A DNA stretch of 61,145 nt from a virus (taxonomy: Duplodnaviria > Caudoviricetes): positions 1 through 61,145 of IMG/VR virus record IMGVR_UViG_3300022920_000542; one strand, written 5' to 3'. Below are positions 1 to 11,613 of this stretch, piece by piece. Position 1 is the stretch's first letter. Each line of letters opens with the position of its first letter. A model generated the notes under the pieces. That model ran no database searches. It saw only the letters and a program-made list of their open reading frames with translations, and was not told the DNA's origin. Position numbers and translations under genes: made by a program.

Positions 1-1760
<1,760 letters not shown>

Positions 1761-1771
1761 AATAGATAACA

Positions 1772-2056
1772 ATGAAATATTATATTAAAGATACAACCCT
1801 CAAAGATTCTCCTGTTAAACTGTTTGAATCAACACAACATACCATAAACTATCTAAAGACGGCAGTTCAACGAAAAACTGGTATGACTTACGAACAATAT
1901 TTAACACACCTAGCAGATTTAGGACACTTTGGATACGATGAACGTGAGGTGTACGAAAGTATGCGTGATCATTTTGATATGGGTGTAATGAGAGGTAACA
2001 CATTCGTTCGTTGTAGCATATACGAAGCAAACTTAAATGCCGATGGCAGTGATTAA
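1772..2056 (+). CDS. hypothetical protein
   Basis: 94 aa ORF behind a consensus promoter, 2 nt before the next gene. Confidence 0.7.
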   Translation: MKYYIKDTTLKDSPVKLFESTQHTINYLKTAVQRKTGMTYEQYLTHLADLGHFGYDEREVYESMRDHFDMGVMRGNTFVRCSIYEANLNADGSD

Positions 2057-2058
2057 TT

Positions 2059-3000
2059 ATGACAGAAACAATAACAGCTGGAGAAAAAAAGCAAGTTAAA
2101 GAAAAGAAGTTCAACAAGTATGTGAGTTTTTCTCAATACTCAATGTACTATAAATGCCCACGTAGTTGGAAACTTGCATATGTAGATAACCTTCGTAAAA
2201 AAGAAAGTAACATACACTTGGTGTTTGGTACTTCTATGCACGAAGTTATTCAAGATTATCTTGAAATGATGTATAATCAACCACAACTTGATGTCGATTC
2301 TATTGATTGGAAAGCAAAGCTGTTGCAAACTATGAATACCATTGCCGATGAAGAACGTAATCTTATTGATGGTAAACGGTGCATGACCGATGACGAGTTT
2401 AACGAGTTTGTTGAAGATGGAAATCAGTTACTTGATTACTTTCTTGATGAAGAAGTCAGACGAAAATACTTTTCAACAACACGACACACATTGACAGGAA
2501 TTGAGACCTCTATTGATTTAGAAGTAAGAAAGAATGTAGGATACATTGGATTTCTTGATGTTGTGTTATTTGATAAAGTCAACCAAAAGTATAAAATTAT
2601 TGATTTGAAAACTTCTACCCGTGGTTGGAACAAGTGGCAAAAAGCAGACGAAAGTAAAACACATCAGTTGCTATTATATAAGGTTTTCTATGCAAAAGAA
2701 TTTGGTGTACCACTTGATAAAATTGACGTGGAGTTTATTATTCTAAAACGCAAACATGATCCAGATGATCCTTGGGGTGGTGATCGTGTACAACGATTCG
2801 TTCCTCCTCATGGAAATATGTCTTCAAAGCAGGCTTGGTCAAGTTTTAATAACTTTCTAAATGAATCATTCACCAAAAGTGGTGAATATGATATGGATAA
2901 TCCGTTTCCAAAAACACCCGGTAAAGCAAAAAAGAATTGTCGTTGGTGTGAGTTTGCAAAGAAGTCGGGAGGTCCATGCGATGGCAAAGAAGGTGAATAA
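2059..3000 (+). CDS. PD-(D/E)XK exonuclease, Cas4/AddB-like with probable Fe-S cluster
   Basis: SFSQY..Y.KCP, FGTSMHE, GFLDVV, IIDLKTS, QLLLY and C-terminal CRWC...C (1+3 Cys arrangement). Confidence 0.85.
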   Translation: MTETITAGEKKQVKEKKFNKYVSFSQYSMYYKCPRSWKLAYVDNLRKKESNIHLVFGTSMHEVIQDYLEMMYNQPQLDVDSIDWKAKLLQTMNTIADEERNLIDGKRCMTDDEFNEFVEDGNQLLDYFLDEEVRRKYFSTTRHTLTGIETSIDLEVRKNVGYIGFLDVVLFDKVNQKYKIIDLKTSTRGWNKWQKADESKTHQLLLYKVFYAKEFGVPLDKIDVEFIILKRKHDPDDPWGGDRVQRFVPPHGNMSSKQAWSSFNNFLNESFTKSGEYDMDNPFPKTPGKAKKNCRWCEFAKKSGGPCDGKEGE

Positions 3001-3027
3001 AAGTAATTTTAACTTATATTTATATAC

Positions 3028-3071
3028 AGATAATGCTCAATGAGATTATCTAGAATGCTCAATCGAGATTC
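3028..3071 (+). promoter_or_regulatory. tandem bulged-G hairpins in the dnaK 5' UTR
   Basis: AGATAAT-G-CTC-AAT-GAG-ATTATCT and GAAT-G-CTC-AATC-GAG-ATTC. Same architecture upstream of hsp20. Confidence 0.75.
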
Positions 3072-3105
3072 AAACAAACTAACAAAATAAAAAGAGGAAT
3101 AGAAA

Positions 3106-5037
3106 ATGGCTAAAGTAATTGGCATTGATTTAGGTACATCGAACAGTTGTGTTGCGGTGGTAGAAGCAGGAGAACCAAAAGTGATAACCAACTCAGAGGG
3201 AGCAAGAACTACCCCAAGTATAGTTGGATTTGCAAAAGACGGACAACGACTTGTAGGTCAGGCCGCAAAAAGGCAAGCAATCACTAATCCAGAGAATACA
3301 ATTTTTTCTGCGAAACGTCTTATTGGACGAAAATATAAAGAGATAAAGAAAGAAGTTAAAAATCTTCCTTATTCTGTTGTATCTGGTAAAAACGGAGATG
3401 CATACATCAAATGCAAAGATGGTGACGAAGAAAAAGAATATGCACCTGAGTTTATCGCAAGTATTGTTCTTGGTAAATTAAAAGCAGATGCAGAAGCATA
3501 TCTCGGAGAAGAAGTAACTCAAGCAGTTATTACCGTACCTGCATACTTTAACGATTCTCAACGACAAGCAACAAAAGACGCAGGTGAAATTGCAGGACTA
3601 GAAGTATTACGTATCGTTAATGAACCGACCGCTGCATCTCTTGCATACGGATTAGAAAAGAAAAATGAAGAAACCATTGCAGTTTACGACCTTGGTGGTG
3701 GAACATACGATGTATCTATTCTTGAAATAGGTGACGGAGTATTTGAGGTAAAGTCTACTAATGGTGATACACAATTGGGTGGTGACAATTGGGATGATAC
3801 TCTTATTGATTATCTTGTATCCGAGTTCAAGAACGAGTCTGGAATTGATTTACATGAAGATGGACAAGCAATGCAACGTCTTAAAGAAGAAGCAGAAAAA
3901 GCAAAAGTTGCTTTATCATCAAGTGCGTCCACCACAATAAATCTTCCATTTATTACGGCAGATGCAAGTGGACCAAAACACTTAAACATCGATGTTACTC
4001 GTAGCAAGTTTGAACAAATTTGTGATTCTTTATACCAACGGACAAAAGAACCTTTTGAAAAATGTCTTGATGATGCGGGTATCACCATGAGTGATGTTAA
4101 AAACCTCATTCTCGTTGGTGGAATGACTCGTAGTCCCAAGGTTGTAGAAATTGCAAAAGAACTTGCCGGTGGTAACGATCCACACCAAGGAGTTAATCCC
4201 GATGAGGTAGTTGCCTTGGGTGCGGCCATTCAAGGTGCGATTCTTGCAGGAGACGAGGGTGTAAGTGATGTTTTGTTGCTAGATGTAACCCCACTTACTC
4301 TTGGAATAGAAACGCAAGGTGGTGTGTCTACACCAATGATAGAACGTAACACTACAATTCCAACCAAGAAGTCACAAATATTTACAACTGCAAGTGATAA
4401 TCAACCTGAAGTGGACATCGTTGTGCTTCAAGGAGAACGAGCAATGTCTGCTGATAATAAGAAACTCGGGAATTTCAAGTTAGACGGAATACAATCTGCT
4501 CCAAGAGGAACACCCCAAGTTGAAGTTACCTTTGATATTGATGCAAATGGTATTTTGAATGTAAGTGCAACTGATAAAGGAACTGGTAAAGATCAAAAAA
4601 TTACTATCAGTGATTCAAGTGGACTTGACAAAGACGAAGTTGAAAAAATGAAGGCAGATGCTGAAAAGTATGCCGATGAAGATAAACAAAAGAAAGAAAA
4701 AATTGAACTTCGTAATCAAGTAGAGTCGGGTGTTTATCAAATAGAAAAAATGCTCGAAGATAACAAAGAAAAAATTCCAGAAGACGAAGTTAAACAAACC
4801 AACAAACTTCTTGAGACTACTAAAAAAGAACTTGAAGATGCAACGATTGAACCCCATAAGTTGACTGAGTTATCAAAAAACTTAATGGATCATGTCCAAA
4901 CATTAATTCCTCATACACAACCTGATGAATCACAAGAAACTACCGATAGTGATGAAGAAATACCTACTAGCAATGATGAAGATGTAGTTGACGCTGATTT
5001 TGAAGTCGTGGATGAAGAAGAAAAAACTTCTAGTTAA
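3106..5037 (+). CDS. dnaK: Hsp70 chaperone DnaK
   Basis: [56 protein letters not shown]; GAGGA RBS upstream. Confidence 0.97.
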   Translation: MAKVIGIDLGTSNSCVAVVEAGEPKVITNSEGARTTPSIVGFAKDGQRLVGQAAKRQAITNPENTIFSAKRLIGRKYKEIKKEVKNLPYSVVSGKNGDAYIKCKDGDEEKEYAPEFIASIVLGKLKADAEAYLGEEVTQAVITVPAYFNDSQRQATKDAGEIAGLEVLRIVNEPTAASLAYGLEKKNEETIAVYDLGGGTYDVSILEIGDGVFEVKSTNGDTQLGGDNWDDTLIDYLVSEFKNESGIDLHEDGQAMQRLKEEAEKAKVALSSSASTTINLPFITADASGPKHLNIDVTRSKFEQICDSLYQRTKEPFEKCLDDAGITMSDVKNLILVGGMTRSPKVVEIAKELAGGNDPHQGVNPDEVVALGAAIQGAILAGDEGVSDVLLLDVTPLTLGIETQGGVSTPMIERNTTIPTKKSQIFTTASDNQPEVDIVVLQGERAMSADNKKLGNFKLDGIQSAPRGTPQVEVTFDIDANGILNVSATDKGTGKDQKITISDSSGLDKDEVEKMKADAEKYADEDKQKKEKIELRNQVESGVYQIEKMLEDNKEKIPEDEVKQTNKLLETTKKELEDATIEPHKLTELSKNLMDHVQTLIPHTQPDESQETTDSDEEIPTSNDEDVVDADFEVVDEEEKTSS

Positions 5038-5056
5038 AAATAATAAATTTATTTTT

Positions 5057-5087
5057 AAGGTGAGGATTATGTCCTCACCTTTTTTTT
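5057..5087 (+). terminator. rho-independent terminator after dnaK
   Basis: AAGGTGAGGA-TTATG-TCCTCACCTT followed by a T run. Confidence 0.85.
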
Positions 5088-5119
5088 GTCTAAAAATATA
5101 AATATGTATATATACACAT

Positions 5120-5302
5120 ATGAGTAACCCACTAACTGATCCGTGGAAGGTATGGACAAACGAAAACCTTAAACTTGGAGTCTCACCTACTAAAATATTT
5201 GGAATTCTGGTTAATAATAACTTTGATTTGAATGAGATTATAGAAGAACTGAATCGATTAAAAGATGCCAACCAATCCACTGATTTATCCAGAGACACAT
5301 AA
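5120..5302 (+). CDS. small hypothetical protein
   Basis: 60 aa ATG ORF following an AT-rich intergenic stretch. Confidence 0.5.
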   Translation: MSNPLTDPWKVWTNENLKLGVSPTKIFGILVNNNFDLNEIIEELNRLKDANQSTDLSRDT

Positions 5303-5394
5303 TCACGATCAACCTATAGTCGTGACAGATGTGATCATATAACCCAAATAAAAAACCATTCAAACTATTATAAAAACTATTTTTTATAATATTT

Positions 5395-5595
5395 ATGAGC
5401 ATGGGATATGATGATACTGATATTGTAGTGCGTATAAAATCGCAAGTGTATAAATTAAAACACAGAAGAATTGAAGGTTTTGTTGATAAATCTTTGTTAT
5501 CTGCGTGTTTAATAAATGAAATTAAATATTTATTTTCATTATTAGGCAAAGATTTACAAAAAGAAATATTAAAACAACCATGGCTGGATGAATAA
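5395..5595 (+). CDS. small hypothetical protein
   Basis: 66 aa ORF whose stop directly abuts the next ATG. Confidence 0.5.
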   Translation: MSMGYDDTDIVVRIKSQVYKLKHRRIEGFVDKSLLSACLINEIKYLFSLLGKDLQKEILKQPWLDE

Positions 5596-6282
5596 ATGAA
5601 TTATGTGTTTGATGTAGACGGAACTCTAACTCCAAGTCGTTTAAAGATGGATGTGGAGTTTGAGAAGTTTTTTAGAAACTGGATAAAAGATAAGAATGTT
5701 TATCTTTTAACTGGATCTGACCACGACAAAACAATAGAGCAGGTTGGAGTTAACATCTGGAGTGAAGTGACCGAATCACATCAGTGTGGTGGTAACGTTG
5801 TTTTTAGAAAAGGTGACATGGTAGAAGTAAGTAAGTGGCAACCGAGTAAAAGTCTACTCGACACCTGTAAAAACCTAATTAATATCAGCAAATATTCTAT
5901 TAAAGCAGGAAACCACATAGAAGAACGAGTCGGACTTCTTAATATAAGTGTAGTTGGAAGAAATTGCACACAACAACAAAGAGAAGACTACTACGAATGG
6001 GACAAAACCAACAAAGAACGAGAATTTATTTGTCAGGCAATAAACAAAATGTTTCCGGAGTTAGAAGCAAGTGCAGGAGGTCAGATCAGTGTAGATATCC
6101 ATAAATTTGGTAAAAACAAGTCTCAAATAAGAAGAAAAATTGAAGGAGACATTTGGTTTTTTGGGGACAAAACAATGAAAGGTGGTAATGATTACCCAAT
6201 TGCAAATATACTAAAAGATCCTGATAAAGTGTTTCAGGTAGATGATTGGGAACATACATACAAACTTTTAAAAGAAATTTAA
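5596..6282 (+). CDS. HAD-superfamily phosphomannomutase (PMM, eukaryotic-type family)
   Basis: FDVDGTLTP, LTGSD, IEERVGLLNISVVGRN, GGQISVDI, FFGDK..GGNDYPI. Confidence 0.85.
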   Translation: MNYVFDVDGTLTPSRLKMDVEFEKFFRNWIKDKNVYLLTGSDHDKTIEQVGVNIWSEVTESHQCGGNVVFRKGDMVEVSKWQPSKSLLDTCKNLINISKYSIKAGNHIEERVGLLNISVVGRNCTQQQREDYYEWDKTNKEREFICQAINKMFPELEASAGGQISVDIHKFGKNKSQIRRKIEGDIWFFGDKTMKGGNDYPIANILKDPDKVFQVDDWEHTYKLLKEI

Positions 6283-6284
6283 TT

Positions 6285-6731
6285 ATGTCAGATAAGCTTA
6301 TCAAAGGATTTACGTGTGGGGCAATGGACGTATTTCATGCGGGTCATGTGCTTATGATGGAAGATTGTAAACGACACTGCGATTATTTAATTGTAGGATT
6401 GCATACAAATCCTCAGTTGGATAGAGCAGACAAAAACAAACCAATTCAATCAGTTGTAGAAAGATATATACAACTGCGTGGAAGTAAGTTTGTTGACGAA
6501 ATAATTCCATATGAAACTGAATCGGATTTGATTGAAATTCTTAAAGGTATTGATTATGATGTTAGGTTCGTTGGAGACGATTGGAAAGATAAACCTTTTA
6601 CAGGACATGATTTACCAGGACATTTGAATAAAGTGTTGTACAACTCTAGGCAACATGATTATAGCAGTTCTGCGTTGAGGCGTAGAGTCGCACAGGGAGA
6701 AACAAAAGAAAAGAAATCTAAACGTAAATAA
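6285..6731 (+). CDS. cytidylyltransferase (TagD/RfaE-II-like)
   Basis: GFTCGAMDVFHAGH, LIVGLH, VDEIIPY, GDDW, YSSSALR. Confidence 0.88.
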   Translation: MSDKLIKGFTCGAMDVFHAGHVLMMEDCKRHCDYLIVGLHTNPQLDRADKNKPIQSVVERYIQLRGSKFVDEIIPYETESDLIEILKGIDYDVRFVGDDWKDKPFTGHDLPGHLNKVLYNSRQHDYSSSALRRRVAQGETKEKKSKRK

Positions 6732-6788
6732 AATATATATTATATTTATATTCAAATAAAGGTTATGTTCACTTAATGATGATGTGAT

Positions 6789-7259
6789 ATGAACTTTATT
6801 TATTTTATTTGTCCAGAAAACCAACAACTAGCAAAATATTGCGAAGGATTTTATAACTATTTAACATACGGATATAAAACTTGGAGTCGTGATCGGTATG
6901 TTCAATCTTCACCGAAGGAGAAAGTGGGGAAATCACGTATGTTGATGAAAAAGAATGTTCCTCAGTATGAGGAAATGAAGGCAGGTGATTCGGTTCTTGA
7001 TAGAATTTACAAAAAAGTAATCACAAGTGATTGCTACGAACACTCGTATAGTAGATTAACAGACCTAGATATACACAAAAGTGAATTAATAATATTTATC
7101 ACATCATGTAAGTCTCCAAAAAGACCACCCACTTATTTATATACAAAAACAAATTCTGTTATTATGTGGAAGGTATCTAATGTAGATAAACTCAGTGACA
7201 ATAAATACCAACTACTTGAGTCGTTGATCCGAAAACTTGCAAAACCCAATCAATCGTAA
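6789..7259 (+). CDS. hypothetical protein, possibly degenerate LMW-PTP/ArsC fold
   Basis: IYFICPENQQLAKYCEGF resembles the LFVCxGNxCRSxMAEG loop but lacks CR; SELIIFIT resembles ADLIITM. Confidence 0.4.
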   Translation: MNFIYFICPENQQLAKYCEGFYNYLTYGYKTWSRDRYVQSSPKEKVGKSRMLMKKNVPQYEEMKAGDSVLDRIYKKVITSDCYEHSYSRLTDLDIHKSELIIFITSCKSPKRPPTYLYTKTNSVIMWKVSNVDKLSDNKYQLLESLIRKLAKPNQS

Positions 7260-9682
7260 AGATTTTCTACAAGTTCTCCGAAGTTACGCATAATGATACC
7301 AGCACACGCATTTGCTTCGTTCTCTATATCACTTCCTGTTTGACCACTATCCACTTCAAGAACTCCTAGTTCGTTTTGCTTTTGGTGTACCAATTCGTGT
7401 GCTAAACTTCTACATACATCGGGAAATGCTCTGCCTTTTGTATATATAGAAATTTCATTTGTATTGGGATCATAACAAGCAGCTGTCATATGTTCGTGTC
7501 TTTGTGTTAAAAGTTTCACAGATACCTTTTCTTTTAATTGCAAAGCTTTTCTTGCAAACTTGATAAACTCATGAACATTATCTTTGTTCATTGCGACTTC
7601 GTTTAATGATTCTTTTGTATATTTCATATTCATTTCGTTTATATTTGCTCCACCTGTTCTGACAATTTCACGAAAGAACCAACGAGTCCACTCTCCTAGT
7701 TTGCCTGGTCCTTTTACTATATATAGTTTAAATGCTTCTGCAAATGCTTCTTCTGGATTTGTATTTCCGTAGTTGGTAATGTGTTCAATTGGAATTTCTT
7801 TACCGGGTCCAACCCATCTATCTGCTAATTTTGTTACAACTTCTTTTCTGTTCTCGGTTGACCAAACGGATGTCATTTGTAATGCTTTGAACTTTGCTTT
7901 GGTCTCGGCGTTGGTTTCTTTTTTATCAATGACTTTTAATCCTACTCGTCTTTTATGTATCTTGCTTCCATTCTTATCAAAATACTTTTCTACATAATCT
8001 TCTACATCTTTACGTTCAATAGATACTTTCTTGCTTTTAATTGTATCTTGCCAATGCTTCTTTGCATTAGATGGAACATTACGATACCAAAAACGATGAC
8101 CAAGTTCGTGAGTGAATGTGTCTTGGGTCATTCCACATCCATATAACTTGAGCATATCTTTATTCATGTAATACTCACCGTTAACCATATCGTTGCTATT
8201 ATCTGATGTTAATCCAAAATCCAAATCAACCACCAATCCATCAATACATTTTCCGAAACCTGCTTTTTGAATTTGCTTTGACCAATGCTTGATTCCATTT
8301 ACTAAACCCTTGAAACTTTTTTCACGACTTGCTTCTCCTTGTTCTGTTCCACCTTTTCGTTTGAAGTTGTGAATAACCAACTTGACAGGTCCTATTTGTG
8401 CTTGTTCAATTGGTTTTTCTCGTTCTTGATCACCTTCTATTGCGATGTATTGAAGAAGTGCTTTGATACCTTCACGAAATTGGGTTCTGTATCTTCTGAT
8501 ATTGGTTTCTCGTTCTTTGGCTAATCTATGTGGACTTACACGATGCTTTTTATCTATAAAGTCCCACATCTCTGGAAAATTTCCACCAAGACCCGTAACT
8601 GCACCCCAGCATTTTTCACGAACTTCTTTTTCTTCCCAGGTTTCCATCTTCTTACCACTCGCACCTGTATGCTTATACTGCAAAAAGAATTTGTAAACCC
8701 AATTCTCAAAGTTTTCTTGAAATGTACCGAATGCTCTTCTTACTTTTTTAAAGTCCTTGATTGTCTGTGGGTCTTCACTATTATCACCAATTGATTTGTA
8801 TGCTTTAGTAAGAACTCTTAAATCTGTTGCCCACTTCTTTACTGAGTTGCTATCAACCTTTACTTTGTCTTCTGAAATGATTTCCGACAGATTACCTTTT
8901 TGTATATACATATATAAACCTGCTAATCGTTTCTTAAACTTCTTGAGATATTTACTGTTGATATATGTAAGAAAGTCTTTATCAAAAAACTCTACATCAA
9001 TTGCCCAATCTTGAAATGATTTGTAACTTTCTAATTTTTTCTTTTTAAAGTCGGCAAGAAATTCCGGACGATGTGCAAACCGATCAGATAGATTTTTCCA
9101 TACACGAACTATCTGAGATTGTCCTGCTTGATAATATGCATTAAATTCTTCTGGTGTGTTGTAGTATCCTTCTATATCTTGTGTATCTAAGTACTTGGCA
9201 CTTGTTTTACCTAAACCACGATCACGATACCTTAAATGATCCAGAAAGTGTATATATTCGTGAATGAATGTATCTTTATCAAGACGAGTGTCCATATACT
9301 TACCATTGTATTCACCGATTAGATTGGCATTTACAATTACACCTTTAAATGATATTCCCCCAACTTTCAAACTTTTGTTTGTAAAACCACCTGCGATTGT
9401 TACTCCACCACGTGATGTACTTTTTGTTGGAATGAAAAATAATACTACCTCACTTAAAGACGGAAAGTTTTTATCTATGTCTGTTCCTCTAAGAGCAACA
9501 CCTTTCCATTGTGTAAGTGGTATAAATGGTTTGTTGACTATACTATTCTCACCTTCACCTTCTAATTTATCTTTATGTTTAGTTAAAAACCGCACCACTT
9601 TATCGTATGCTTTTTCGGCAATACCTGTGTAATACATATCTTGCTCTACATTTGCTTCTTTTATATGGGTGCTATTCATCAA
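7250..9682 (-). CDS. multi-domain protein with three zincin-like HExxH metallopeptidase domains
   Basis: FIHEYIH..EEFNAY, FTHELGH..PEEAFAEAF, LAHELVH..IENEANA; ATATTTATA motif just upstream. Confidence 0.75.
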   Translation of the reverse strand: MMNSTHIKEANVEQDMYYTGIAEKAYDKVVRFLTKHKDKLEGEGENSIVNKPFIPLTQWKGVALRGTDIDKNFPSLSEVVLFFIPTKSTSRGGVTIAGGFTNKSLKVGGISFKGVIVNANLIGEYNGKYMDTRLDKDTFIHEYIHFLDHLRYRDRGLGKTSAKYLDTQDIEGYYNTPEEFNAYYQAGQSQIVRVWKNLSDRFAHRPEFLADFKKKKLESYKSFQDWAIDVEFFDKDFLTYINSKYLKKFKKRLAGLYMYIQKGNLSEIISEDKVKVDSNSVKKWATDLRVLTKAYKSIGDNSEDPQTIKDFKKVRRAFGTFQENFENWVYKFFLQYKHTGASGKKMETWEEKEVREKCWGAVTGLGGNFPEMWDFIDKKHRVSPHRLAKERETNIRRYRTQFREGIKALLQYIAIEGDQEREKPIEQAQIGPVKLVIHNFKRKGGTEQGEASREKSFKGLVNGIKHWSKQIQKAGFGKCIDGLVVDLDFGLTSDNSNDMVNGEYYMNKDMLKLYGCGMTQDTFTHELGHRFWYRNVPSNAKKHWQDTIKSKKVSIERKDVEDYVEKYFDKNGSKIHKRRVGLKVIDKKETNAETKAKFKALQMTSVWSTENRKEVVTKLADRWVGPGKEIPIEHITNYGNTNPEEAFAEAFKLYIVKGPGKLGEWTRWFFREIVRTGGANINEMNMKYTKESLNEVAMNKDNVHEFIKFARKALQLKEKVSVKLLTQRHEHMTAACYDPNTNEISIYTKGRAFPDVCRSLAHELVHQKQNELGVLEVDSGQTGSDIENEANACAGIIMRNFGELVENLYD

Positions 9683-9728
9683 GTATAAATATTAACTACC
9701 TATAAATATATACATTTTATATAAGTAC

Positions 9729-9761
9729 AAAAAAAAGAACCAATCCTAGAATTGGTTCTTT
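9729..9761 (-). terminator. rho-independent terminator after the clamp/clamp-loader operon
   Basis: AAAGAACCAAT-CCTAGA-ATTGGTTCTTT inverted repeat; A run on + gives the U tail on -. Confidence 0.75.
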
Positions 9762-9782
9762 AATATAACCTTTGGTTTTGTA

Positions 9783-9899
9783 TTACTCGTTACCGGTTAG
9801 AATATACCAAACTTGTAAACAAATAATAAAACTAAATGCAACTATTCCACCAAGTAGTTCATAAACTGCGTATAACCTATTTTTTAGATTCTTATTCAT
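9783..9899 (-). CDS. 38 aa single-pass membrane protein
   Basis: MNKNLKNRLYAVYELLGGIVAFSFIICLQVWYILTGNE; ATGA overlap with the clamp loader stop; lies before the terminator. Below the ORF-track cutoff. Confidence 0.55.
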   Translation of the reverse strand: MNKNLKNRLYAVYELLGGIVAFSFIICLQVWYILTGNE

Positions 9900-10852
9900 A
9901 GTGTTTGAACAATTTGTGCGATGGTTGATGCAAATGTAATTTCTTTATCAACCACCAAACTATCGTGGTAAGTTTGTTGATCAAGCATAATAACAATGTT
10001 TGCACTTTTACCAGGAGCATACTCATCTACATTATCAAACAAAAACTTATAAACATCCGTGAAGTCATTTATTTTTTCATTTGCAATAAGTTGACGAGCA
10101 GTTAACCAAGCATTCTTTTTGTCTTTACTTGCATTCTTTAGAATGTCCAACAACTTTAACTTATAGTCACCTTCAATGAGGTCTTCTTTGATAATCTCAA
10201 GAGTACCATGAATACTATTCTGTTGAGCATTGTTGATCACCTTACGAATATCAGGATAACCTTTGTTTACAATCAATGCAATATCGTCTGGTTGTGCTTT
10301 AATGCCTTGCTTGGCAAGAATCTTGGCAAGATGTATTGCGACATCTTTACGATTAGGAGGAACGATGTTGAATGTTTGACAACGACTGACAATCGGTTCG
10401 ATAATCTTTTCGTGGTAATTACAAGTAAGAATGAAACGAGTAGTCATACTAAACTGCTCCATTAAATTTCTTAAAGCAGCCTGAGCATTGCCTGTGAGAA
10501 AGTCACACTCATCAAGTAGAACAATTTTTAGATCATTGAATCCCATGCTACTTGCAAACGACTTGATCTTGGTACGTACCGTATCAACATTATTTTCGTC
10601 ACTTGCATTGATGTACAGATAGTCACATGGTACTTGCTTGGTAAGCAACTTACCAAGTGTGGTTTTACCGGTACCTGCTTTGCCATACAAAAGTAAGTGT
10701 GGAATGTCACGTGACTCAATCCACGAAGCAGCTCGTTTCTTTAAAGGTTCGTTTCCAATATAATCAGAAAGGTCTTTGGGTCGATATTTTTCGACCCAAA
10801 GACTATTTTCCGATTCAACTGGAGACTTTGTTGCTTCTTCTAAAAAATTCAT
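9896..10852 (-). CDS. clamp loader AAA+ subunit (RFC-small / T4 gp44-like)
   Basis: LWVEKYRP, GKAGTGKTT, INASDE, LLDECD, AQAALRN, SRC. Confidence 0.93.
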   Translation of the reverse strand: MNFLEEATKSPVESENSLWVEKYRPKDLSDYIGNEPLKKRAASWIESRDIPHLLLYGKAGTGKTTLGKLLTKQVPCDYLYINASDENNVDTVRTKIKSFASSMGFNDLKIVLLDECDFLTGNAQAALRNLMEQFSMTTRFILTCNYHEKIIEPIVSRCQTFNIVPPNRKDVAIHLAKILAKQGIKAQPDDIALIVNKGYPDIRKVINNAQQNSIHGTLEIIKEDLIEGDYKLKLLDILKNASKDKKNAWLTARQLIANEKINDFTDVYKFLFDNVDEYAPGKSANIVIMLDQQTYHDSLVVDKEITFASTIAQIVQTL

Positions 10853-11577
10853 TAATCGGTTGTTTGAATTTCAACCAAGTAATAACTGCTACGGAAGTCA
10901 CCGACTTCAAACTCAATGCTTGCAATTCCCTTGGAACTGACATTAAGGACACTCTTTTCAGAGTCACTATTTGCATTAAGAATTTCCTTGAAATACTTCG
11001 AGGAAAAACTAATGGGGTCTGTGAGAGTGCTTGATCCTTCGTTAATCGCACTTAAAGAAACACGATTACTATTGATTGTAGAATAACCAATTACCAACTG
11101 AATTCCGTCTTTTGATGGAACAATGGTAAATGTATCGCAATCACTTAATGCACTTGCAGAACGAACAAACTTCTTTGCGAAGTCATTACTGAAAGGAATT
11201 TGCAGATCATAATCTGGTAAATCCTTTAATGCAGGAACATTAGGAATTACTGCTAAGTCAGCAAGCATGAAGTTTACACTTGTTGTATCATCTGATACTT
11301 TAACACTAACGTTCTTTTCGTTTTTTTCAACGACATCAACATTAATGTCATCACCAACGACTGATAGTAGTTGCTTTAACTTTGCAGTATCATAAACACC
11401 AATTTCACCTTCACCAAGTTCAAACTCTTTGGCCGATACTTTTCCGAGAACACTTTTGTCATCGGTAATGAAGGTGGTTTCGCAAACGTTGTCTCCGTTG
11501 GTATTCCATTTAACTGATTCCACGTTACCATTAAGGTTGTAACGTGAAATGAATTGTAGTACTTTATCTTTTTTCAT
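10852..11577 (-). CDS. DNA sliding clamp (T4 gp45/PCNA-like)
   Basis: 241 aa acidic protein, EIGVYDTAKLKQLLS, C-terminal S.KGIASIEF...SSYYLV; TAATG overlap with the clamp loader. Confidence 0.75.
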   Translation of the reverse strand: MKKDKVLQFISRYNLNGNVESVKWNTNGDNVCETTFITDDKSVLGKVSAKEFELGEGEIGVYDTAKLKQLLSVVGDDINVDVVEKNEKNVSVKVSDDTTSVNFMLADLAVIPNVPALKDLPDYDLQIPFSNDFAKKFVRSASALSDCDTFTIVPSKDGIQLVIGYSTINSNRVSLSAINEGSSTLTDPISFSSKYFKEILNANSDSEKSVLNVSSKGIASIEFEVGDFRSSYYLVEIQTTD

Positions 11578-11584
11578 AGTTTAT

Positions 11585-11613
11585 ATTATATTATTTTAAT
11601 TGTTATTTGTCAA
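11585..11613 (-). promoter_or_regulatory. consensus sigma70 promoter, probably leaderless transcript
   Basis: TTGACA-17 nt-TATAAT, then only 7 nt to the ATG of the clamp gene. Confidence 0.8.

Noticed and set aside
3028-3071. CIRCE (HrcA) operator before dnaK or hsp20
   Set aside because: CIRCE is TTAGCACTC-N9-GAGTGCTAA. Here the spacers are 3-5 nt, the arms are asymmetric by one G and one copy is CCC/GGG.
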